Origin: Alphaproteobacteria bacterium
Lineage (GTDB): Bacteria > Pseudomonadota > Alphaproteobacteria > Rs-D84
Length of the DNA stretch: 64,000 bases
Reading direction: 5' to 3'
Assembly: GCA_031549365.1 (NCBI GenBank)
Contig: JAVBPX010000004.1
Span: 46,627 to 110,626, forward strand
Positions 38,234 to 48,030 of this stretch are shown in pieces. The position numbers were made by a program, and so were the translations under genes. The notes beneath the pieces are model-generated. The model did not search any database. It was not told the DNA's origin and saw nothing but the letters and a program-made list of their open reading frames with translations. Each line of letters begins with the position of its first letter. Within the stretch, counting starts at the first letter, position 1.

Positions 38234-41200
38234 ATGACAAAAAAAACATTAATTGTTGATGGAAATTTTGCTGCTGCCGAAGTTGCATATCGTTGTTCCG
38301 AATTCTCGGCAATTTATCCTATTACACCTTCGTCCACGATGGGCGAATTGGCCGACGAATGGGCATTCCAGCATAAAAAAAATATCTGGGGAAACATTCC
38401 ATCCATTCTGGAAATGCAGTCCGAAGCAGGTGCCGCAGGCACATTGCACGGCGCATTGCAAATGGGAAATTTATGCACGACTTTTACAGCGTCCCAGGGG
38501 CTATTATTAATGATTCCAAACATGTATAAAATCGCGGGCGAATTATCACCATTTGTTATGCATGTTGCAGCCCGCACCGTTGCCACACACGCATTATCCA
38601 TTTTCGGCGACCATTCTGACGTTATGGCATGTCGCGGAACTGGATTCGCAATGTTGTGTTCCAATACGGTCCAAGAGGCCCACGACATGGCCGCAATCGC
38701 ACACGCATCCACATTGGAATCTCGCGTACCTTTTCTGCACTTTTTTGATGGGTTCCGCACATCACATGAAATCGCAAAAATTGATTATATTGAAAATTCT
38801 GTTTTGGAAAAAATGTTACCTCTGGAACGTATTATTTCATTGCGTTCCCGTGCCATGAAACCGGAAAACCCATATATCAAAGGGACAGCACAAAATCCTG
38901 ACGTTTATTTCCAAGCCCGCGAAGCATCAAATCCATATTACAACAACATCACTGAAATTGTAAAAAACAACATGAAAAAATTCGCTGAATTAACAGGACG
39001 CGAATATAATTTAGTTGAATATATCGGCGATGAACATGCCGAAAATGTATTGGTTATCATGGGTTCTGGCGCATCCACAGTCCAAGAAACATTACCAGAA
39101 TTACCATCAAAAACCGGATTGGTAAAAATCCATTTGTATCGTCCATTTCCATCCACTGATTTTGTAAATGTATTACCAAAATCTGTTAAAAAAATTGCTG
39201 TACTGGATCGGACCAAGGAACCAGGGGCCACTGGCGAACCATTATACTTGGATGTAATCACAGCATTACACGAAGCCGGAATTAATAACATCAACGTATA
39301 TGGCGGACGCTATGGTTTATCATCCAAAGAATTCCGTCCCAAAGACGTCAAAGCTGTATTTGACATGTTGATGTCGAACAACTCAAAACGCGAATTCACA
39401 GTTGGAATCACGGACGACGTTACAAAATTATCATTGGATACCGATGATTTTTTCACATTAAAACATGATGATGTAAAATCTGCATTAATGTGGGGATTGG
39501 GATCCGACGGGACAGTTGGCGCATCCAAAAACGTAATTAAAATCGTTGGCGAAGAATCCGATTTATACCCCCAAGGATACGCCGTATACGATTCAAAAAA
39601 ATCAGGGTCCGTCACAGCATCACATTTGCGTTTTTCCAAAAATCCAATTTTATCGCAATACTTGGTTGAATCTGCCGACTTTATTTCATGTTCACAATTT
39701 CCAATCGCACAACGTTTGGATATCTTCAAAACATTAAAACCATTGGGAATTGTTTTAATAAACACATCAATGGATCCAAAGGTTGCATTTAAAAACCTGC
39801 CCCGCGAAACCCAGGAATTTTTATTACGCCAACGCGCAAAAATATATTTCATTGATGCAAACCGCGCGGCCGCAGAATTGGGATTGGGAAAACGTATTAA
39901 TACATTTATTTTGGCAAATTTCTTTTACCTGTCGAAAATTATTGATCCAAAAATTGCATTCGAATCAATGAAAACAGCTATTGAAAAAACCTATCGCAAA
40001 AAAGGCGATGAAATCGTTCAAATGAATTTGGCTGCGATTGATCGTGCCCCTGAATTTTTGGTTGAATTTACATTACCAACCAGCGTTACACCATTCGCAT
40101 CCGATTTCATTCCTCCAATGGTCGGCAATGTGCCAGATTTTGTTAAAAACGTATTGGGCGAAATTTCTGCCGGTCGTGGTGATGAATTACCAACATCTGC
40201 ATTTAACCCTGATGGATCATTCCCATCAGCAACATCACAATACGAAAAACGCTATATCGCAGACCGCATTCCAACATGGGACAACGAAACATGTATCCAA
40301 TGCGGTAAATGTGCATTTGTTTGCCCGCACAGCGCAATCCGTTTGCACGTCAACAAAACTTCCGATTTCAAAAATGCACCGGATGGCTTTGTACATGTTC
40401 CATATAAAACACCTGAACTGGGACCAGATTTGGAATTTGCATTAACTGTATCCGCGGCCGATTGTACTGGATGTGGTGTATGTGTTAAAAATTGTCCCGC
40501 CGCGACCAAGGCAAACCCACATGTCAAAGCAATTAAAATGACGGACATTGCTGATGTTTCTGAAAAATCACAACGCGATTTTGATTACGCAGAAACTCTG
40601 CCACCATTTGATAAAACAAAATTAAATTTGAACATTCCAAAACACACACAATTATTGGAGACAATGTTTGAATTTCCCGGGGCCTGTGGTGGATGTGGGG
40701 AAACACCATATTTACGATTGGTAACACAATTATTCGGGGATCGTATGGTAATCGCAAACGCAACCGGCTGTTCATCGATTTACGGCGCAAATTTGCCAAC
40801 AACACCATATTCAAAAAATTCCAATGGTATGGGGCCTGCCTGGTCAAATTCATTATTCGAAGACAATGCAGAATACGGGCTGGGCATGCGCATGGCAATG
40901 AATCAAAATATGCATATTGCTCAATCATTGTTGCACGAATTGAAAAACGAAATTGGCAATGATCTGGTTAATGCGATTTTAAACAACGAAATGAAAACCG
41001 AATCTGAAATCATTGATCAACGTCAAAATATTGCGACATTGAAATCTGTTTTAACAACAATTAAAAATGATCGCGCAACAATGTTGGATTCGCTGGCTGA
41101 TTCATTGGTTAAAAAATCATTGTGGATTATCGGTGGCGACGGTTGGGCGTACGATATCGGCTACGGAGGTTTGGATCACGTATTACATTCTGGTCAAAAT

Positions 41201-41791
41201 GTTAATATACTTGTAATGGATACCGAGGGATATTCCAACACCGGCGGTCAACAGTCCAAAGCAACACCATTCGGCGCATCCATGAAGTTCGCGGTGGGCG
41301 GCAAGGATCAACACAAAAAAGATTTGGGCATGATTGCAATGATGTCGGGCGCATACGTTGCACAAATTGCACTGGGCGCTGATCAAGCCCAAGCAATCCG
41401 TGCAATCCGCGAGGCCGAAGCCTTCAACGGCCCATCCCTGATCTTGGCATACAGCCCATGTATCGCACACGGATTCGAATTATCCAACGGTGCCGAACAT
41501 CAACAAAAATTGGTTAAAACTGGTGCATGGCCATTATATCGCTTTAACCCAGATTTGATTGAATCAAATACTGCACCATTAATCATGGATTCGGGCGAAG
41601 CGTCATTACCATTATCGGATTTCGTATCGACCGAGGGTCGTTTCAACATCGTCCGTTCAACAAACGCAACACGATTTGAAAAATTGATGACACGTGCGGA
41701 AACAGATAATGAATATCGTCGCGAATTAAAAAAACACATTTCAAATTTCGCATTAATGCGTAAAACTCCAAAAGAAGGCGGGGAAGGATAA
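38234..41791 (+). CDS. nifJ: Pyruvate:ferredoxin/flavodoxin oxidoreductase
   Basis: YPITPSS, SEAGAAG, CIQCGKC...CPH, CTGCGVC..CP, GACGGCGE and GGDGWAYDIG. Confidence 0.98.
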   Translation: MTKKTLIVDGNFAAAEVAYRCSEFSAIYPITPSSTMGELADEWAFQHKKNIWGNIPSILEMQSEAGAAGTLHGALQMGNLCTTFTASQGLLLMIPNMYKIAGELSPFVMHVAARTVATHALSIFGDHSDVMACRGTGFAMLCSNTVQEAHDMAAIAHASTLESRVPFLHFFDGFRTSHEIAKIDYIENSVLEKMLPLERIISLRSRAMKPENPYIKGTAQNPDVYFQAREASNPYYNNITEIVKNNMKKFAELTGREYNLVEYIGDEHAENVLVIMGSGASTVQETLPELPSKTGLVKIHLYRPFPSTDFVNVLPKSVKKIAVLDRTKEPGATGEPLYLDVITALHEAGINNINVYGGRYGLSSKEFRPKDVKAVFDMLMSNNSKREFTVGITDDVTKLSLDTDDFFTLKHDDVKSALMWGLGSDGTVGASKNVIKIVGEESDLYPQGYAVYDSKKSGSVTASHLRFSKNPILSQYLVESADFISCSQFPIAQRLDIFKTLKPLGIVLINTSMDPKVAFKNLPRETQEFLLRQRAKIYFIDANRAAAELGLGKRINTFILANFFYLSKIIDPKIAFESMKTAIEKTYRKKGDEIVQMNLAAIDRAPEFLVEFTLPTSVTPFASDFIPPMVGNVPDFVKNVLGEISAGRGDELPTSAFNPDGSFPSATSQYEKRYIADRIPTWDNETCIQCGKCAFVCPHSAIRLHVNKTSDFKNAPDGFVHVPYKTPELGPDLEFALTVSAADCTGCGVCVKNCPAATKANPHVKAIKMTDIADVSEKSQRDFDYAETLPPFDKTKLNLNIPKHTQLLETMFEFPGACGGCGETPYLRLVTQLFGDRMVIANATGCSSIYGANLPTTPYSKNSNGMGPAWSNSLFEDNAEYGLGMRMAMNQNMHIAQSLLHELKNEIGNDLVNAILNNEMKTESEIIDQRQNIATLKSVLTTIKNDRATMLDSLADSLVKKSLWIIGGDGWAYDIGYGGLDHVLHSGQNVNILVMDTEGYSNTGGQQSKATPFGASMKFAVGGKDQHKKDLGMIAMMSGAYVAQIALGADQAQAIRAIREAEAFNGPSLILAYSPCIAHGFELSNGAEHQQKLVKTGAWPLYRFNPDLIESNTAPLIMDSGEASLPLSDFVSTEGRFNIVRSTNATRFEKLMTRAETDNEYRRELKKHISNFALMRKTPKEGGEG

Positions 41792-42222
41792 TGAAAAAAT
41801 TTCTGTTAATAACATTGGCATTAATTTCGGTTTGCGGTTGCACAACAAATACAAAACACCGTGGATATATATTCCCCTCAGATATTGATAATGTTGTTGA
41901 AACCTTGAAAACTCGTGATGATGTTCAACAGAAATTGGGAAATCCATCTGCACAAACAATATATGGAAAACCGTTGTGGATTTATTATGGATACGATGAA
42001 AATTATCGTGGCCCACTACCATTAAAATACGATAACAAACAGGTTTTATTAATCCAATTCAATGGTGAAATAGTTACTAGCAAAAAAATCCTAACCGATA
42101 CGGATCTGCCTGATGATTTTTGTATGGATTCAGATGAAACTGCCGTACCTGGCGCAGTTGATTTGAACATGTTCGAAGAATTATTTAATAACATTGGACG
42201 ATTCAGTCCATCCGGTATATAA
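41791..42222 (+). CDS. bamE: Outer membrane assembly lipoprotein BamE/SmpA
   Basis: Lipobox-like VCGC, HRGY, TRDDV..KLGNPS, WIY and ELFNNIGRF. Confidence 0.85.
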   Translation: MKKFLLITLALISVCGCTTNTKHRGYIFPSDIDNVVETLKTRDDVQQKLGNPSAQTIYGKPLWIYYGYDENYRGPLPLKYDNKQVLLIQFNGEIVTSKKILTDTDLPDDFCMDSDETAVPGAVDLNMFEELFNNIGRFSPSGI

Positions 42223-42238
42223 CGAGAGGGAGAAAATC

Positions 42239-42733
42239 ATGAAAAAATTATTGATAGCCGCTGCAACATTGTTAACAATACCATCGTACGCAAATGTTGA
42301 TTGCGGTGATGGATGGGTTGTCGCATCCAGCAAGAGCGGGAGTCAAACACACCAATGCGAAAAATTATGGTGCATTGATTTAGAAACCGGGAAATCCATG
42401 GGATCTGGAAATTCTGCAAATTCTGGATACATTATGGGTTCAAATCCAAATTCAATATCAGCATACGGAAAATCCGTAACATGTTGGGGCGAACGCAAAT
42501 GGTGTTCCGGGGCGGGGAATGGCGATTGGAGCGATGAAATGGGCGCATATATCCGCAACGGCGGCACAGCATACGAAACACAATTATCTGGCGGTTGCTG
42601 GAAATGGGATTTAACCAAACCCAAATGCCCATCTGGCACAGTTGCGATATTACAGGATAACGAATGGGCTTGCGGCCGCGAAAGCGCCACAGTTACAACA
42701 AAAACACCACCGCGCGCTGTAACAAAACGTTAA
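42239..42733 (+). CDS. Secreted Cys/Trp/Gly-rich hypothetical protein
   Basis: GAGGGAG RBS, signal peptide, 8 Cys in the mature part. Confidence 0.75.
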   Translation: MKKLLIAAATLLTIPSYANVDCGDGWVVASSKSGSQTHQCEKLWCIDLETGKSMGSGNSANSGYIMGSNPNSISAYGKSVTCWGERKWCSGAGNGDWSDEMGAYIRNGGTAYETQLSGGCWKWDLTKPKCPSGTVAILQDNEWACGRESATVTTKTPPRAVTKR

Positions 42734-42735
42734 CT

Positions 42736-42762
42736 AAAAATCCCGGATTAATCCGGGATTTT
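42736..42762 (+). terminator. Intrinsic terminator
   Basis: AAAAATCCCGGA-TTAA-TCCGGGATTTTT. Confidence 0.85.
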
Positions 42763-42801
42763 TAATTTGAATTTTATGTGTTTTCGTGCTACATTCTATT
42801 T

Positions 42802-43845
42802 ATGAAAAATAAAAACATATTATGCTTGGGAATCGAATCATCATGCGACGAAACAGCCGCAGCGATCGTCGATTCAAACAAAAACATTTTGGGTCATATA
42901 ATTTATTCACAAATTCCTGAACACCAACCATACGGTGGTGTTGTCCCTGAATTGGCTGCACGTTCGCACATATTGGCAATCGATCATGTAATAAATGAAA
43001 CTTTGCGCGCCGCAAATAAAACTATTGACGACATTGACATCGTGGCTGCAACATCTGGCCCAGGATTAATTGGCGGCGTACTGGTTGGATTAATGACGGC
43101 CCAGGGGATTGCAAAATCCACAAACAAACCATTTGTATCGATTAATCATCTCGAGGGTCATGCCCTGACCCCACGCCTAACATCCGAAATTCCATTTCCA
43201 TATTTATTAATGTTGGCCAGTGGCGGACACTGTCAAATTTTATTGGTACACGGCGTTGGTAATTATGAATTATTGGGGCAAACATTGGATGACGCCGCGG
43301 GCGAGGCATTCGACAAAGTTGCAAAAATGCTGGGATTGGGTTATCCCGGCGGTCCAATCGTGGAACAACGCGCAACATTGGGTGATTCAACAAAATTTAA
43401 TTTTCCACGTCCATTGGTTGGACAACCAAATTGCGACTTTTCATTCAGCGGAATAAAAACATCCGCCCGAAATTTATTAAACAAACACGGACCAATGTCT
43501 GATATTGATATTAATGATTTTTGCGCATCATTCCAATTGGCTGTATGTGATTGCATAATTGACCGTTTATCAATGGCTCTAAAAATGCCAACAACAATTA
43601 ACGCAAAACCAAAAACAATGGTTGTCGCAGGTGGCGTTGCAAAAAACATGGCAATCCGCTCTCGCATGGAAGAATTGGCAACAAAAAATAATATGATTTT
43701 TTCCGCCCCACCCTTGTCATTATGCACCGATAACGGCGCAATGATTGCATGGGCAGGCATTGAAAATTATTTGGTTGGAAATTACACACACGAACCTGTC
43801 GCTGCGCGTCCACGTTGGCCATTAACGGAATTAAAAAATGATTAA
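42802..43845 (+). CDS. tsaD: tRNA N6-threonylcarbamoyltransferase TsaD
   Basis: GIESSCDET, GGVVPELAARSH, HLEGH, SGGH and CTDNGAMIA. Confidence 0.98.
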   Translation: MKNKNILCLGIESSCDETAAAIVDSNKNILGHIIYSQIPEHQPYGGVVPELAARSHILAIDHVINETLRAANKTIDDIDIVAATSGPGLIGGVLVGLMTAQGIAKSTNKPFVSINHLEGHALTPRLTSEIPFPYLLMLASGGHCQILLVHGVGNYELLGQTLDDAAGEAFDKVAKMLGLGYPGGPIVEQRATLGDSTKFNFPRPLVGQPNCDFSFSGIKTSARNLLNKHGPMSDIDINDFCASFQLAVCDCIIDRLSMALKMPTTINAKPKTMVVAGGVAKNMAIRSRMEELATKNNMIFSAPPLSLCTDNGAMIAWAGIENYLVGNYTHEPVAARPRWPLTELKND

Positions 43846-45088
43846 ACCGGAACCAATTACAAACGATACGATTTTATCTGTTTCCGACGCATCACAATTA
43901 ATCCGTGGTGTTATGGAAACCGCATTCGCCCGCATAAAAATTCGCGGTGAATTATCCCAAATTACATGTGCAACATCCGGCCATACATACATGACGGTCA
44001 AGGACTCGGGCGCATCAATTTCCGGAATCATTTGGCGCGGGACTCCGATACCATTTAAACTGTCGGACGGATTGGAAGTGGTAATAACCGGTAAAATCAC
44101 AACATACCCGGCCCGTTCAAATTACCAAATTATTGTATCATCAATTGAAATGGCTGGCGTTGGCGCGATACTTAAAATGCTGGAAGAACGCAAACAAAAA
44201 TTATCCGCGATTGGTTACTTTGATCAATCACGAAAAAAACCAATTCCAAAATATCCCGCAACAATTGGCGTTGTAACATCACCAACTGGCGCAGCCATCC
44301 ATGACATATTAAATCGTTTGCGCGAACGTTTCCCAACACGTGTTTTAATCTGGCCCGCCGTGGTCCAGGGCGAAACCGCATCACGCGAAGTGGTTGCTGG
44401 AATTAACGGTTTTAATAAATTAATCGGAAAAAATCGTCCTGACGTTATAATCGTTGCACGTGGCGGCGGATCAATCGAAGATCTGCTTCCCTTTTCCGAT
44501 GAATCGGTTGTAATCGCAACCGCCGAATCAAAAATTCCAATTATATCCGGCGTCGGCCATGATCCCGATTGGACATTAATTGATTTTGCATCCGATATGC
44601 GTGCGCCCACTCCAACCGGAGCAGCCGAAATGGTTGTCCCAGATCGCATGTCAATAATCGAAATCGTAAACACATTGCATCATCGTATAACAACCGCCGT
44701 AACAACAATTTGGAAAACATCACTACAAAAATTAAATGGCATTGTTTTAAAAAGTCCCAAACAATTAATAATGGAACGCGCACAACGCATTGACGACATC
44801 ACAAAACAATTATCGCAATTAATGACAATTAAAATTCAATCCTCTGCCGCACGTGTTCCAGATATAAAAAATCTTACATTCCGAATCACACAAAAAATAT
44901 CAACTTTTGCACAACGAATTGAACATTTTGGTAAATTATTGGACAGCTATTCATACCACAAAACATTGATGCGCGGATTTGCAATTGTGCGCGATAACAC
45001 AGGGAAAATTATAACAACCGCAACCCAATATCGCGACAACACACCTGATTCAATTACCTTTGCCGACGGCGAAGTCAAAATATCCTAG
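43838..45088 (+). CDS. xseA: Exodeoxyribonuclease VII large subunit
   Basis: VVTSPTGAAIHD, ARGGGSIEDL and APTPTGAAE. Confidence 0.96.
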   Translation: MIKPEPITNDTILSVSDASQLIRGVMETAFARIKIRGELSQITCATSGHTYMTVKDSGASISGIIWRGTPIPFKLSDGLEVVITGKITTYPARSNYQIIVSSIEMAGVGAILKMLEERKQKLSAIGYFDQSRKKPIPKYPATIGVVTSPTGAAIHDILNRLRERFPTRVLIWPAVVQGETASREVVAGINGFNKLIGKNRPDVIIVARGGGSIEDLLPFSDESVVIATAESKIPIISGVGHDPDWTLIDFASDMRAPTPTGAAEMVVPDRMSIIEIVNTLHHRITTAVTTIWKTSLQKLNGIVLKSPKQLIMERAQRIDDITKQLSQLMTIKIQSSAARVPDIKNLTFRITQKISTFAQRIEHFGKLLDSYSYHKTLMRGFAIVRDNTGKIITTATQYRDNTPDSITFADGEVKIS

Positions 45089-45145
45089 GAATAAGCCCCT
45101 ATACCAATCCAACTGAAAAATCTGATACAATCCTTATACCCTATC

Positions 45146-45391
45146 ATGGGGACAGAGGAGATAAAAATGCATAACATTAAACACACATTAAAACATTATG
45201 TAATTAAACCATTATTGATTATTGGCGGATTAAATTGGGGATTGGTCGGATTATTAAATTTTGATCTGGTTGCCGCAATTTTCGGATCGGGAACAATGTT
45301 GTCTCGTTTAATCTATATCTTGGTCGGTTTGTCGGCTGTTGCAATGGCAACATTCATGGCAATGCCCCACGACCAAAAACGCATGAAATAA
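45146..45391 (+). CDS. DUF378 family small membrane protein
   Basis: IIGGLNWGLVG...DLVAAIFG...IYILVGLSA; start may be the ATG at 45167. Confidence 0.9.
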   Translation: MGTEEIKMHNIKHTLKHYVIKPLLIIGGLNWGLVGLLNFDLVAAIFGSGTMLSRLIYILVGLSAVAMATFMAMPHDQKRMK

Positions 45392-45396
45392 AATAT

Positions 45397-45422
45397 AAAA
45401 ACCCCGATTACTCGGGGTTTTT
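45397..45422. terminator. Bidirectional terminator
   Basis: AAAAACCCCGA-TTAC-TCGGGGTTTTT. Confidence 0.85.
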
Positions 45423-45426
45423 ATTT

Positions 45427-45503
45427 TGGTAGCGGCTCCCAGATTCGAACTGGGGACCTGCGGATTATGATTCCGTCGCTCTAACCGACTGAGCTAAGCC
45501 GCC
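45427..45503 (-). tRNA. tRNA-Met (CAT), elongator type
   Basis: Minus strand GGCGGCT-TAGCTCAGTCGGTTAGAGC-GACGGA-ATCATAA-TCCG...GTTCGAATC...AGCCGCT-A-CCA. Confidence 0.95.
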
Positions 45504-45542
45504 GCTATGAACACATTATCATTCCTGACAACACGGCCTATT

Positions 45543-45574
45543 ATATTGTTTTTGATTTCAAAATCAAGCAAAAA
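45543..45574. repeat. 32-bp direct repeat, left copy (overlaps predicted tRNA-Met promoter)
   Basis: ATATTGTTTTTGATTTCAAAATCAAGCAAAAA is identical to 47997-48028; minus strand reads TTGATT-16-TATAAT toward tRNA-Met. Confidence 0.92.
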
Positions 45575-45576
45575 AT

Positions 45577-46137
45577 CTAAACTTTGGCCAATTTTCTCAG
45601 CATCAGCTCTGGTTTTCCCGCATTCAGCTCATCGGACACAGATAACCCCAGAGAATCTATAAAACTTTGTATTTCTCGTTTCACTCCTTGGACATCAACA
45701 TCATCCGAAGTAGAATATTCTACTTCTAAGAACAGACCTAAATTATCAACCCGTTCAAATTCAATAACATAATTTTTGTACTGATATGTTCTCTTCAAAT
45801 TATTTATAACCAGCAACTCTTCCAAACCCAAAGCATCTATTATGCAAACAACCTCTTTTTCTGACCCAACATCTGTTTCATATTCATCTGAATACAACCA
45901 TGTATCTCCATCAAAATGATCATTTTTAAATGTGATTTGCGTTTTTCCTGCTTTTTTCCTCAATCGAAAGCAAGCATTCAATCTGCCATTTTCACCCGGT
46001 TTCAGCCCATCTCTCAATGGGTCAAAATAGTAAACATCCCTTGTCTCTTTGTCCCCAACAAACTCAAAATCCGCCAATGCTTTTAAAACCCTGTCTTCAT
46101 CATCAAAAACTTGAACCAAAATTTCAATTTCTTTCAT
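45577..46137 (-). CDS. CYTH-domain (class IV adenylate cyclase / triphosphate tunnel) protein
   Basis: MKEIEI, DVYY, FRLRK, ITFK, EYET, KRTY and LGLFLEVE. Confidence 0.88.
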   Translation of the reverse strand: MKEIEILVQVFDDEDRVLKALADFEFVGDKETRDVYYFDPLRDGLKPGENGRLNACFRLRKKAGKTQITFKNDHFDGDTWLYSDEYETDVGSEKEVVCIIDALGLEELLVINNLKRTYQYKNYVIEFERVDNLGLFLEVEYSTSDDVDVQGVKREIQSFIDSLGLSVSDELNAGKPELMLRKLAKV

Positions 46138-46141
46138 TTTC

Positions 46142-47947
46142 TCACCTCATTTTTTGCAAAGCTTTCAAAACGCTTTCCTTTGTGTCCCACGTAATTCCCA
46201 TAGACATCCACCAACAAGTTTGATGTTTTTTCAAAACCTCATTCGCCGCGTCTCTCCCAAAAAGATGCCCCATAACGTGTACAGCCTCTTCCAGGTTAGA
46301 AAACAACAAAGGCACCTTGATGTTGTTTTTATACCAACTAAGATGACTGTTCCTTGGGCTCTTAATTGATTCGGAGCGCTTTGATGCCCATTCATTAAAA
46401 CTATCCGAAATTATATCATCCGGAATATACTTATGCCACATTCTATTTAGTTCATCATTAAATCTTTCACTCCATCCAATCGTAACAAAAATACCATCTT
46501 CAGACAAATTATTATAGACTGCCTCCAATTCTTCTTTACAAGTAACATCATCCGAAATTCTTGAAGGAAATCCAAACGAGCTAATAATAAACGAAGACTT
46601 TTCATCATCCGGCAATTTAAAATTCTTAATCGCCCCCTGAACTAGTTTAATATCATTTATGTATGATTTTTGCCTATTAATAGTTCTATCTAAAAAGCCC
46701 AGCATATCTGGACTATAATCGACGCCATAAAGAGTTCCTGAATAAGAAACTGTATTCATAATTTTTCTAAATGTTTTTCCAGTACCCGTAGCCAAATCTA
46801 CTGGATTTACAATTTTAATCCCTTCTTTTTTTATTTTTCTAAAAACAGAATCAAAACAAACATTTTCTACATCTTCTGCTTCAGAAAAAATATTATAAAC
46901 ACTTGGATCTGCATACCATTTATCACTATTATCTGCAATCAAGCCATTCTCATTAACTCTGCATTTGCTTAAAATTTTTCTTTCCGACCTTAAGTGCTCA
47001 TTTTTAATTTTACTAATAGCTATTGAAGCCTCCGCTATAACGCCCAAATTATCTTCACAGTCTAATAACGACTCAATTCTATCCAAATTCTTTCTGGAAT
47101 TTATTCTCGTCAACCCGCGCAAAGACATTTTTCTAATCGTTTTGTTTGCGTCGTCTAGGCCGGACAAAAAAACATCCTCGAAAACCCCTTTCGGTTCTTT
47201 TGAAATAGCAACATAAATAGCATTTATAATTTCATAATCTTTTGATTCTTTAAGCATTTCGTTAATTCTTTTAATAATATCATTATCAAATAATCTCAAA
47301 TGAGCCAAAAGCCATAACGTATTTAATATAATTTTTTTATCAGAACTAGACATAAATTCTCTTTTTAAAGACGGATATATTTTATCCTTAATATCAGCGT
47401 TATTCGCACATAACAAAATCGATATCAAATTTCTTTTATTAGATAAATTAGATAATGCAAAGTCCAACTCCATCGCAGGAAACCTCTTTAGACTTCGTTT
47501 TAAATTATTTATAGAACTAGAACCAGTAACTTTTTCCAAAGCAAATGAAGCCAACCACCAAGATTCCGAATTTTTTGCATAATTTAAAACTTCATACAAA
47601 AAATCTGAAATATATACACTCTTAGTATTTAATTCACCAAGCGACCACACCAAGCCAATAGATTCGTACAAATATGTACGTTTTTTATCTGGAACTCTTT
47701 TAAGCTCTGATATTATATTTTCAGGATTAAAGTGTTGCAAAATGCTACCAATATTCCAATCTGCCGCTTCCGAAAATTGATAGTTAGTCAAATAGTTAAA
47801 AAATAATTCAATATATCTAAGCTCATTTTCTTGCAACCTTCTTGCAATATAAGCCAAAGACTTTTCCGAAAACTGTCTTTCGGACAATAAAGATAAATCA
47901 GATTTCTCAATTGCACTTAAAATTCTATCCAGATGATCATTTTTCAT
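46142..47947 (-). CDS. Helical (HEAT-like) repeat domain fused to class I SAM-dependent methyltransferase
   Basis: Repeats VWSLGEL, SFALEKV, LWLLAHL, IRKMSLRGL, ASIAISKI; C-terminal VDLATGTG and GVDYSPDML; start set at MKNDH because the upstream extension reads through the repeat. Confidence 0.75.
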   Translation of the reverse strand: MKNDHLDRILSAIEKSDLSLLSERQFSEKSLAYIARRLQENELRYIELFFNYLTNYQFSEAADWNIGSILQHFNPENIISELKRVPDKKRTYLYESIGLVWSLGELNTKSVYISDFLYEVLNYAKNSESWWLASFALEKVTGSSSINNLKRSLKRFPAMELDFALSNLSNKRNLISILLCANNADIKDKIYPSLKREFMSSSDKKIILNTLWLLAHLRLFDNDIIKRINEMLKESKDYEIINAIYVAISKEPKGVFEDVFLSGLDDANKTIRKMSLRGLTRINSRKNLDRIESLLDCEDNLGVIAEASIAISKIKNEHLRSERKILSKCRVNENGLIADNSDKWYADPSVYNIFSEAEDVENVCFDSVFRKIKKEGIKIVNPVDLATGTGKTFRKIMNTVSYSGTLYGVDYSPDMLGFLDRTINRQKSYINDIKLVQGAIKNFKLPDDEKSSFIISSFGFPSRISDDVTCKEELEAVYNNLSEDGIFVTIGWSERFNDELNRMWHKYIPDDIISDSFNEWASKRSESIKSPRNSHLSWYKNNIKVPLLFSNLEEAVHVMGHLFGRDAANEVLKKHQTCWWMSMGITWDTKESVLKALQKMR

Positions 47948-47996
47948 ATTTTTCTCGCTTAAATAGAACTCTCTCAACCTCACACGCACAAGTATA

Positions 47997-48028
47997 ATAT
48001 TGTTTTTGATTTCAAAATCAAGCAAAAA
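47997..48028. repeat. 32-bp direct repeat, right copy
   Basis: Identical to 45543-45574; 2 bp from the lrgB stop codon. Confidence 0.92.
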
Positions 48029-48030
48029 TA

